Positions 56,429-64,000 of a DNA stretch of 64,000 nucleotides are shown in pieces. This stretch comes from Candidatus Undinarchaeota archaeon. GTDB taxonomy: Archaea; SpSt-1190; JASMDC01. The translations under genes and the position numbers were made by a program. The notes below the pieces were generated by a model. It saw nothing but the letters and a program-made list of their open reading frames with translations. It made no database searches and was not told the origin of the DNA. The stretch lies in contig CAZFHY010000006.1 of NCBI GenBank assembly GCA_964519305.1, positions 86,099 to 150,098 on the forward strand, given 5' to 3'. Position 1 is the stretch's first letter. Every line of letters starts with the position of its first letter.

Positions 56429-57301
56429 TCAATTATGTCTCCGGAACTTCCATTTTCCGGAATAGTATAGTATCCCGACGAAGATAGCACCGACGAACAA
56501 ACCCGCATCAATGATGTCCTCGATGTTCAGCAGATTATCGATGAATGATTCTGTGTCATCATCATCCTCTGGTACGCAATAGAACCTGTCAATATCGCAC
56601 CGGGTGCCGAACGAGCAGAACGCATCGGACGTGCAGCACTTATGGCCCTTGAGGCAGCAGACGAAAATGCAATTGCGCGAGGCGCACCTGCTATCATCTG
56701 CACACCGCTCTCCGACATCGAGGAGGCGTAGGTGTGGTAGTACCGTTGCGGTCGCTTGTGGCGACGGGGTTGTCGGTGAGCTCCCCGGGATATCGGTCGG
56801 TACCGGGCTTGCTGTGACCGAGGGCGCAGGTGTCGGAGTGGGATCCCGTTGGTATTGAATGAGGACAAATGAGTTCCCGAAGATGGTGATGTCCTCGCAG
56901 TAATCGAGCCTCTGGGTGACCCTGAGCGTGATGGTGTTCTCACCCTTGTCCAGATTATAATCGTGCGTACTGAGGTCCCAGCGCATGTTGAAATTGGAGC
57001 GAACGGTCCACCAGTCGGAATATGTACGCTCTCCAGGGACGGGGACACCGTTGACGATGACATGGAGTCGCGGTGCATAAGTGCTCGAGGCATGGATGTT
57101 GAGGGTGGTCGACTCGGGTCTCTCGGGAGCTGTGAATGGGATGGATATCTCAGTCACGAGCTCGCGGTCCTCGGATGTGCACTTGTAGGTCTTTGTGGGT
57201 GATCCCAGGTCATCGAAGGTCATCTCTTCCTGGAACCACTCCCCCGAAACACAGGTCAGCATTACGAGGATTATGATGACTGCTACCTTGTTGGAGCGCA
57301 C
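56429..57301 (-). CDS. secreted Cys-rich protein with C-terminal membrane anchor
   Basis: 290 aa; signal peptide, Thr/Pro-rich linker, Cys-rich C-terminal region, terminal hydrophobic segment. Confidence 0.45.
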   Translation of the reverse strand: MRSNKVAVIIILVMLTCVSGEWFQEEMTFDDLGSPTKTYKCTSEDRELVTEISIPFTAPERPESTTLNIHASSTYAPRLHVIVNGVPVPGERTYSDWWTVRSNFNMRWDLSTHDYNLDKGENTITLRVTQRLDYCEDITIFGNSFVLIQYQRDPTPTPAPSVTASPVPTDIPGSSPTTPSPQATATVLPHLRLLDVGERCADDSRCASRNCIFVCCLKGHKCCTSDAFCSFGTRCDIDRFYCVPEDDDDTESFIDNLLNIEDIIDAGLFVGAIFVGILYYSGKWKFRRHN

Positions 57302-57354
57302 GGGATTGATGTGTTCGTTCTTCTTAATAAGCCTGAGTTACAGAATATTCAACT

Positions 57355-57867
57355 CTATACTGATTCGTCCTCATCCTCATCAAGTAGGTAGTCGGGCGTT
57401 GGCGACCATGTACCAACGATCACAGCCGTCATGAACACCAGTACTAGGAGTGCACCGAGCCCCGTGGACCCGAACGCGAGCCCCACTGCAGCGAAAGCAA
57501 GAAATGCGCCAAGGAGCATCACGCCCCGGCGGAGTCCGCTCACCTCGTCCTCCCCTCCGAAAAGGTAGCCGAATAGGTACGTGGCTGCAAGACCGACCAC
57601 TAGGAACACGGGGAACATGTACTTCTGGGCCAAGACCATTGTCGCAGCGAGCGCGGAGCTCGCCCTGCTCGCGCCCATTATGAGCGCGAGGGCCCAGAAC
57701 CCGATCAAAAGAGCCACGAATGTACGTTCACGGAAACCCCATCGACTATCGCTCTCTCGGTCGAGGGCGGCATGGAACACATAGGTGGCCGCCAGGGCTA
57801 CGAACGGGCCGGCCACCAGAAGGGCAACGAGGAGCTGAAGCTCCATACCGGCAGTGGCCATGATCAC
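57355..57867 (-). CDS. polytopic membrane protein, unknown function
   Basis: 170 aa, 5-6 hydrophobic helices, acidic C-terminus. Confidence 0.45.
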   Translation of the reverse strand: MIMATAGMELQLLVALLVAGPFVALAATYVFHAALDRESDSRWGFRERTFVALLIGFWALALIMGASRASSALAATMVLAQKYMFPVFLVVGLAATYLFGYLFGGEDEVSGLRRGVMLLGAFLAFAAVGLAFGSTGLGALLVLVFMTAVIVGTWSPTPDYLLDEDEDESV

Positions 57868-60800
57868 CGTCCTTCGCTGCTCGTCTCGTGTCCAAGCGTC
57901 TCAAGCTCGCGTTGGAGGAGCGTGAGCTCACGCTCACCAAGGGCGAACCTGCTTACTGTGACGAGAAGAGAAGCATCGCCCATGGACACCCGGTCCCTGA
58001 GGGATTGGATGGCCCGGAACACAGAGTCGAAACCGTTGTGGCCTACTAGATACTCGATCCCGTCCAGGAGCACGACCGACGATGGCAACTCATCGACGTA
58101 ACGCTTGATTGCCTGGACAGTGTCAATATGTGAGGGGCTCAGGGTCACGTTATCGATGGAACGTTCGTCCGTGAGCCAGCGCACTGCGACCTCCTCGGAC
58201 AGTTCGTAGCGACGGCGAAGGATATCGGGATTAGTACGGGAGATACAGAGGGTGGGTTTACCGAGCGTGTGGGCATGTGAAAGGAAGCGAAAGCTCGTTT
58301 CGGGTTTGCTCTCGATCACCAGATAGGAGTACCCAGAGCGAACTGGGAACTCTCCTCCAGACACTAGGATAGGTTCAGGCACCTCCAAGGGACGGGGCGT
58401 TTCGACGGGTACCTGTGCGGAGACCGTGGTGGCGGGGATGGGCGCGACCACAGCATTGGCCAATGCCCTGGTTATGTCCAGAGATCCGAGTGCCCGCCTG
58501 CTACGTCCGATGGCCGCAATTGCTGGGCCGTCAAGTACTGCGCCAAGGGCCTGGCGACGTGGTACTGGCGGGAGGGCGGATAGGGCGACCTGAGCAAGTG
58601 CTCTGTATACGTCGGTACGGCCTGCTTCAAGAGAGGCGATGAGCAGAGGCCGTGCCTCGGCGTCTAGTACCCTACGCAGACAGCGGACGCGGGCGAGGGT
58701 CGTAGTGGCCTCCATACCCACGGTCTCAAGAACATCCTCGAGAGCGTGAAGGTCCTCGGAGCCGGGTGCCCGGCGAGCCCAGGCCACACCTTTGACATGG
58801 TCCTGGAGGGCCAAGATACGTCGTGCATCCGCTAGCACATGGTCGGTCCCCGCTGTCGCGAGGACTACCTTAATCCTCCGCACACAGTCAGGTGGGAACA
58901 GGAGGAGATCGATCAAACGGATGAGCGCACCCTCCTGCGTAAGTTCCCCATTGACATAGCGACGGATCGCATCGAGAGCCGAAGGTAGTGAAGGGAGGGG
59001 GTTATCGACAGATCCAAGCTCATTGGACATCTCTACAAGGAGGTCGTGACGCTCGTCGGCGGGAGCTTCGCAGATGACGGTAACGGACCGGAGGATCAGA
59101 CGATGTTCCTTGGAATCGCACCCTTCTGCTGCCGGACAGAACTTGCAAGGTGCAGGGGCGGACCGCCCCTCGAGCACATCCTGGCTGTGCTCCAAGTAAT
59201 CCCGGAGGTTGGATATCGACGGGCTCTCCACTTCAGTATCGATCTTATCCACGATCGCTAACGCGTCCGTCAGAGAGACAGCGCTGGTCCTGGTCAGGAT
59301 CACGATGCCCGCTGCTTCGGGCACGAGATGTGCTGAGGACGTCTCGCCTTCGACCAAGAGGCGGGCCGCAAGGTCATCAGCGAGGCCGGTTGGAGGGAGT
59401 ATCTCACGTACAACGACTCCGACGTCACCCGAGGGGGGCGGTGTGGGAAGTCCGGCTGCAGCGAGCATGCTCCAAGGGCCTCCTGAACCGGGATCAGGCG
59501 GTGGCCAGCCGGGGAGGGCCAGGGGCCCAGTGCAAGGATTTTGACTGTCGAACGCAGTAAGGACTTTTGCAGTAGATTCGTATCCGACCGTAGCTTTGAG
59601 CAGTGATGCGAATGTGGACCCAGCCAGCTCGGAAGGGGTATCCTTTTGTGGAAGGAGTGAGGACAGCCGTTCGTCCAGAAGGCGCTCGACCAAATGATCC
59701 ATTACCGATCGTTCTCGCATCTTGGAGAGGGCTCTGGCACGACTGGCGGGATCGGATAGGGCATCGAACGCACGGACGATGGCCGCCTCTGTTTGATCGG
59801 GATTGAGCGCACTGGAGAGTGCGAGGAGAGAGTCCATGCGGAGCCAAGGATCCTCGATGCTCTCGGTCAACTCCAAGAGGACATCGGTCCGATCGGCAAG
59901 TTCAGTGCTCAAGGTATCAGGTCCCACGAGTTCACCCAGTATCCCGAGTGATGTGGCCTTTTCCCAAGGATCCGAGATCTCAGTGACCGTCCGTACTAGC
60001 TCCTTTGTGTGTGGCGTGAGGTGGTCACGGACTGCTCCCATGACGTAATGGCCTGAAGCGGCCAGGTCACGGAGCACTTCCAGCCTACGAGGGATGGCTG
60101 TGATATCAGCAGCGGGTACAAGGGTTTCGAGAGCCGTACTGGCGACGGCCTCTAGGAGGTCGGGGCGTGGCGTACAATAAGCACGTGCACCCTTGACCAC
60201 ATGAGCCGTATGCTCTGGATCAGGTAGCTCTATCGCTGCTGCCAGTACTGTGCGAGCAGTATCCCTCGGACATCCTGAGGCGAGCTTGAGGAGACCACGC
60301 ACTGCCTCAGCACGGCTCCATGGATCCTCCAGTTCGGACAGTCTGTGGATAACTCTGGGGACAAGGCCCTCCATGAGCCGGCAGAACGCAGTGTCCGAAA
60401 GAGGTGCCCTAGCGAGATGGGCAAGGAGCGTTACTGCCTCGTCCGGGCTTGATTCCTTCACGAGATCAATGGCCGCCTCCATTGCAGCGGGAGGAGCACG
60501 GTCACCCAGCCCTTCGACGATGTGGAATAACGTGTGACAGCGTTCCTTCCGGGGGAGGGATGTAGCATCGATGACTATGCCATCGGCGAAACCCGTCACA
60601 AGATCCGGACCGAGCGCGTGACCTAGTGCGGCAACCCATCGTGCACGGCTGGAGACATCGGACTCGGCCATTTCCCGCATGAGCCAATCCCCCATCTCCG
60701 CGGCGATGGCGGGAGGGAATGCTGCGAGGAAGGTGGCCGCACGTCCGGGCGTGTCCTCGGCAACGGTGGACGATAGGGCTTCCTTGGCCTGACGTGAGAG

Positions 60801-61331
60801 ACGAGGTCGCGTCCTCTCATCGGCCGCTGTCATGAGGAGGGGGATGATTTCCATGTGTACGGTATCGCTCGCACGTTCCAACTCCCTGAGCACGGATGGT
60901 GCTAGCCTCTCCGCTGAGGGCGAATCGGCCAGGACCTCACCAAGGGTGCCAAGAACGATAGCGCGCTCCTTAGGGACATCGAGGCGTTCGACGGCATCAA
61001 GGATACCTCTGAGACCTCGTCCGAGCTCACGAACCGCCCCCTCTAAGGCCTTGAAAAGTGCTGGGCCTCTTCGATTCAGGATGACGGAGACAATCGCGTC
61101 TGCGTCCCTTGGCCCCAGTTCGCTGGCAGCGAGCCGTAGGAGGAGGGCGGACCGCCTGAACCCTACATTCTCAGATTGGGACGCCAGATCGAAAAGTTCC
61201 CGGTCCGTCCCCGGTGTGGCCGTCAGTTCTTCAACGGATGCCACGACTTCGTCCAAGTGCCGCCAAGGCTCTTCTCCATCGAGGATGGAGCTGAGGGAGG
61301 CAGAGCCCATGTGAGGGATGGTTGCCCTCAT
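57864..61331 (-). CDS. large alpha-helical repeat (HEAT/ARM-like) protein with C-terminal inactivated KaiC-like (DUF835-type) module
   Basis: 1155 aa; Leu/Ala-rich helical repeats; C-terminal ~150 aa (GYSYLVIESKPETSF...VVLLDGIEYLV...SLLVTV) follows RecA/KaiC strand order but lacks a Walker A P-loop. Confidence 0.5.
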   Translation of the reverse strand: MRATIPHMGSASLSSILDGEEPWRHLDEVVASVEELTATPGTDRELFDLASQSENVGFRRSALLLRLAASELGPRDADAIVSVILNRRGPALFKALEGAVRELGRGLRGILDAVERLDVPKERAIVLGTLGEVLADSPSAERLAPSVLRELERASDTVHMEIIPLLMTAADERTRPRLSRQAKEALSSTVAEDTPGRAATFLAAFPPAIAAEMGDWLMREMAESDVSSRARWVAALGHALGPDLVTGFADGIVIDATSLPRKERCHTLFHIVEGLGDRAPPAAMEAAIDLVKESSPDEAVTLLAHLARAPLSDTAFCRLMEGLVPRVIHRLSELEDPWSRAEAVRGLLKLASGCPRDTARTVLAAAIELPDPEHTAHVVKGARAYCTPRPDLLEAVASTALETLVPAADITAIPRRLEVLRDLAASGHYVMGAVRDHLTPHTKELVRTVTEISDPWEKATSLGILGELVGPDTLSTELADRTDVLLELTESIEDPWLRMDSLLALSSALNPDQTEAAIVRAFDALSDPASRARALSKMRERSVMDHLVERLLDERLSSLLPQKDTPSELAGSTFASLLKATVGYESTAKVLTAFDSQNPCTGPLALPGWPPPDPGSGGPWSMLAAAGLPTPPPSGDVGVVVREILPPTGLADDLAARLLVEGETSSAHLVPEAAGIVILTRTSAVSLTDALAIVDKIDTEVESPSISNLRDYLEHSQDVLEGRSAPAPCKFCPAAEGCDSKEHRLILRSVTVICEAPADERHDLLVEMSNELGSVDNPLPSLPSALDAIRRYVNGELTQEGALIRLIDLLLFPPDCVRRIKVVLATAGTDHVLADARRILALQDHVKGVAWARRAPGSEDLHALEDVLETVGMEATTTLARVRCLRRVLDAEARPLLIASLEAGRTDVYRALAQVALSALPPVPRRQALGAVLDGPAIAAIGRSRRALGSLDITRALANAVVAPIPATTVSAQVPVETPRPLEVPEPILVSGGEFPVRSGYSYLVIESKPETSFRFLSHAHTLGKPTLCISRTNPDILRRRYELSEEVAVRWLTDERSIDNVTLSPSHIDTVQAIKRYVDELPSSVVLLDGIEYLVGHNGFDSVFRAIQSLRDRVSMGDASLLVTVSRFALGERELTLLQRELETLGHETSSEGR

Positions 61332-61382
61332 CTATAAATCTTTGATGCCGCGGACCTCGCCCGCTGCATCCTTTTTTATGTA

Positions 61383-62159
61383 TTGCATGCTCAGTCAACG
61401 GACATGTCCGTGTTCGGCGAGGACCCAAATCTGACTCGGATGGACGCTCCTCCAGTGTCCCAAGGCAGCGACGAGAAGATTCCAACTCATGTCCCGGGCT
61501 TCGACAAGCTCATGGGAGGGGGGTTCGAGCGCAACGCAACGATATGCCTCTTCGGCGGGCCCGGAACCGGAAAGACGACTCTCGCTCTCCAGATCCTATA
61601 CAATGCGGCCTTGACCGATGGCGAACCGGGGCTCTATATATCGTTCGAACAGTCGCGGGACGAGGTCTACAGGTTCATGAAACGCATGGGGTACGACCTC
61701 GAAGCGCTCGAAAAGAAGGGCTTGTTCACTTTCAAGAACTACTACCCGACACATCTCCAGAGCTTCATCAAGGAGGACAGGGGGCCCATTGAGAAGACTA
61801 TCGAGACAATCGGCGCCACTCTTCTGGGTATCGACTCCCTCACAGCCCTCGCGATGGTATGTGAGAACGATATCGAGCGTCGGCGGACCTTCCTTAAGCT
61901 CTTCGAGACTGTCAAGATCCATAACACGACCAGCATCTTCACCGTTGAGGAGCATATTACGCCCGACAATATCAAGAGCGTCCACGGCACCGAGTTCCTG
62001 GCTGATGGAGTGGTGAACCTCTACAACCTTCGCCGGGAATGGACACGCCGCCTGGGCCTGGAGATCATCAAGATGCGGGGGATCGCCTTTCCCCGAAAGA
62101 TCGTACCCTATACGATCGAGTCCAACGGTATAAACGTGTTCCCTGATCTCAATCTATAA
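61383..62159 (+). CDS. KaiC-like/RecA-superfamily ATPase (single domain)
   Basis: 258 aa; Walker A GGPGTGKTTLALQ, KaiC-like layout. Confidence 0.7.
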   Translation: MHAQSTDMSVFGEDPNLTRMDAPPVSQGSDEKIPTHVPGFDKLMGGGFERNATICLFGGPGTGKTTLALQILYNAALTDGEPGLYISFEQSRDEVYRFMKRMGYDLEALEKKGLFTFKNYYPTHLQSFIKEDRGPIEKTIETIGATLLGIDSLTALAMVCENDIERRRTFLKLFETVKIHNTTSIFTVEEHITPDNIKSVHGTEFLADGVVNLYNLRREWTRRLGLEIIKMRGIAFPRKIVPYTIESNGINVFPDLNL

Positions 62160-62162
62160 CGA

Positions 62163-62621
62163 TCAGATGAGACTGTCGGTGTCGCGTACGAGGTCCGCCA
62201 ATAGCCGGGATAGTTCTTTCAGCTGCCCCCGGCTCACGGACACCGATCCCTTCTCGGTCGAGATGACGAGGCTGAGGGAATTGGCGTCCACGTTGATATG
62301 CTTGTCCTCGATTGCATGATAGAGCTTGGTGACGGTACGGAACGCAGCGGGGTAATCCTCTTTGAATCCGTGCTCCTTCACGAGCACTTCCTCGAAGACC
62401 TCAGACCTGTACCGGTCGATGGTCGGCACGTTGGGTATGAGCCCGCGCTTCCGTGCGATTATAAGCGCAGCGGTGATGGCGTTGTCCATACCGGTGTATA
62501 GCTGTTTGATGGTTGAGATGAGGAGGTGTGGGTCCTTTGCCCGCGTCATCGCGACATCGATGAGGAACGTAGCGGTCTTACTGGCCTTCCGTGCCTCCTT
62601 CAGATGGGAGGACGGGTCCAT
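62163..62621 (-). CDS. hypothetical protein
   Basis: 152 aa ORF, no recognised motif. Confidence 0.35.
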   Translation of the reverse strand: MDPSSHLKEARKASKTATFLIDVAMTRAKDPHLLISTIKQLYTGMDNAITAALIIARKRGLIPNVPTIDRYRSEVFEEVLVKEHGFKEDYPAAFRTVTKLYHAIEDKHINVDANSLSLVISTEKGSVSVSRGQLKELSRLLADLVRDTDSLI

Positions 62622-62675
62622 ATCATCGGCGGGGAATCCCTATCTATTAAAAGCTTGCGTGCGACCGAGCCTGCC

Positions 62676-63338
62676 ATGCCCTCCGACCCGGAGGAGGTTG
62701 ATGGTCTGGTTGAGCCAGAACCCAGTAATACCCTTCCTCTGGTGCGAGTGGGTGTCGTCCTGGCAGTGCTCTGCTTGTTCCTCTATACTGCAGCCCGCTT
62801 GAACGCTCCCCAAGGATGTGCGGTCATCCATATCAAAGGATCATTGGCTGGCGGCAAAGAATCCCGGGTCACCTATGAAGGGGCAAGGGGCGTGATCACG
62901 GTCGAAGGAGGGAACTTCAACCAGCTGGTACAGGCAGCTGATCGGTTGGCGCTCTTCTTCCTGGGTGTTTCCGGTGAGCAGTACAACCTTAACCTCAAAG
63001 GGGAGATGCGGACCTATGAGATACCCTTTCCTGTCAAGACCGTTGACGGCGGGATGACCGAGATAATGGTCGGGATGCGTTCCAATCCATCCCGCCTGGG
63101 TGACATCCCGGTGGATGATCAGGAGGGGCTCGAACGGTTCATTGAGGCACGTCCGGCCCGATTCGCTTTCGCTTTCCATCCCAATGCTGGAGGTGAGGAC
63201 GTGGTGGCCGCAACCGAAGTGTCCACTGCTCTGGCGCTCCGGTTCAGTTATCTGAACACCACTGACGACATCCTGACATTCAATGAGGCGACCGGCGGTG
63301 TCCACAGCCTTGAGACCGCACTGGAGGCGTGCACATGA
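62676..63338 (+). CDS. membrane-anchored hypothetical protein
   Basis: ORF track 62526-63338; ATG 62676 (MPSDPEE) about 25-30 nt downstream of TATA-like ctattaaaag; one TM helix. Confidence 0.4.
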   Translation: MPSDPEEVDGLVEPEPSNTLPLVRVGVVLAVLCLFLYTAARLNAPQGCAVIHIKGSLAGGKESRVTYEGARGVITVEGGNFNQLVQAADRLALFFLGVSGEQYNLNLKGEMRTYEIPFPVKTVDGGMTEIMVGMRSNPSRLGDIPVDDQEGLERFIEARPARFAFAFHPNAGGEDVVAATEVSTALALRFSYLNTTDDILTFNEATGGVHSLETALEACT

Positions 63339-63841
63339 GCCTTCCGATGGAGATCCTGAACGCCTTCCTGTACTTCTTACCCGCATATATGGCGAACATG
63401 GCCCCCTGCTACATGGCCCATTTCTCTTTCTTCAAGGCGCTCGCCTATCCTCTGGATATGGGCCGGGAGTGGATGGATGGCCGACGCATATTGGGTGAGG
63501 GCAAGACTATTGCCGGATTCGTGTACGCTGCTGTCATCGGTGCTGCTGTATCTCTGGGTCAGGGTAATACGTGGATGCTCGGTTTCGTGATGGCGATCGG
63601 TGCGCTCATGGGTGACCTCGCCGGGTCCTTCCTGAAACGTCGGATCGATGTGGGCCGTGGGGAACGAACGCTGCTCCTTGATCAGCTCGACTTCGTGGTC
63701 GGAGCGCTGATCGTCCTGTATCTCGTCGGATGGGCGCCACCGCTGAGGACCATGGTAATACTCCTCCTCATCACTCCTCCGCTCCACCTGCTGATGAACT
63801 TCGTCGGCTACGCGCTCAAATACAAGGAGGTGCCTTGGTGA
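63335..63841 (+). CDS. carS: CDP-archaeol synthase (CarS)
   Basis: ORF track 63329-63841; MSLPMEILNAFLYFLPAYMANMAP...GDLAGSFLKRRI motifs; ATG 63335 overlaps upstream stop (ATGA) with GGAGG 7 nt upstream. Confidence 0.75.
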   Translation: MSLPMEILNAFLYFLPAYMANMAPCYMAHFSFFKALAYPLDMGREWMDGRRILGEGKTIAGFVYAAVIGAAVSLGQGNTWMLGFVMAIGALMGDLAGSFLKRRIDVGRGERTLLLDQLDFVVGALIVLYLVGWAPPLRTMVILLLITPPLHLLMNFVGYALKYKEVPW

Positions 63842-64000
63842 CGGATGAGCTGAAGCAGGTCATAGTCTTCCGTAGGGACCTCAAGCTCAGCCGCGGGAAG
63901 GCGGTCGTCCAGGGTGCCCATGCCGCCATTGGCGCCTTTGAGCGTGCCCAGCGCTCTCGCCGGGAGTGGGTGGACACATGGGGTCGGGAAGGGCAGCGAA
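63838..64000 (+). CDS. pth2: peptidyl-tRNA hydrolase Pth2, partial (3' end beyond window)
   Basis: VTDELKQVIVFRRDLKLSRGKAVVQGAHAAIGAF matches archaeal Pth2 N-terminus; GTG start overlaps carS stop (GTGA) with AGGAGG 5 nt upstream. Confidence 0.7.
   Translation, partial: MTDELKQVIVFRRDLKLSRGKAVVQGAHAAIGAFERAQRSRREWVDTWGREGQR

Noticed and set aside
1-64000. CRISPR array
   Set aside because: No series of regularly spaced short direct repeats seen; the only periodic DNA is the GS/GT codon tract inside a CDS

Overview
Dense, two-strand coding window of about 60% GC that looks like an archaeal (Euryarchaeota-type) chromosome segment. The archaeal markers are chromatin protein MC1, membrane-bound LonB, aSUI1, CDP-archaeol synthase, Pth2, class III (prepilin-like) signal peptides, and TATA/BRE-like promoters feeding leaderless or short-leader mRNAs. 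Content is dominated by cell-envelope genes: many secreted or membrane-anchored Cys-rich proteins, glycosyltransferases, tandem flippase-like paralogs, a carbamoyltransferase and three B12-binding radical SAM enzymes. One IS200/IS605-type tnpB element is present. The most unusual items are (1) a ~2.7 kb cassette carrying a pilin-like repeat protein, bounded by ~90-100 bp imperfect inverted repeats and ending in an out-of-frame NHL-repeat segment joined at a GGGG/TGA site; (2) a protein built from about five tandem UBC/UEV-like (inactive E2-like) domains, translationally coupled to a zinc-ribbon membrane protein; (3) a compact SNF2 helicase with a start/stop-overlapped zinc-ribbon partner; (4) a giant helical-repeat protein ending in an inactivated KaiC-like module, divergent from a KaiC-like ATPase. 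No rRNA, tRNA or CRISPR array was recognised by eye. All calls rest on reading the sequence and the six-frame track; no database search was run, so family names are motif-based and start codons are approximate.
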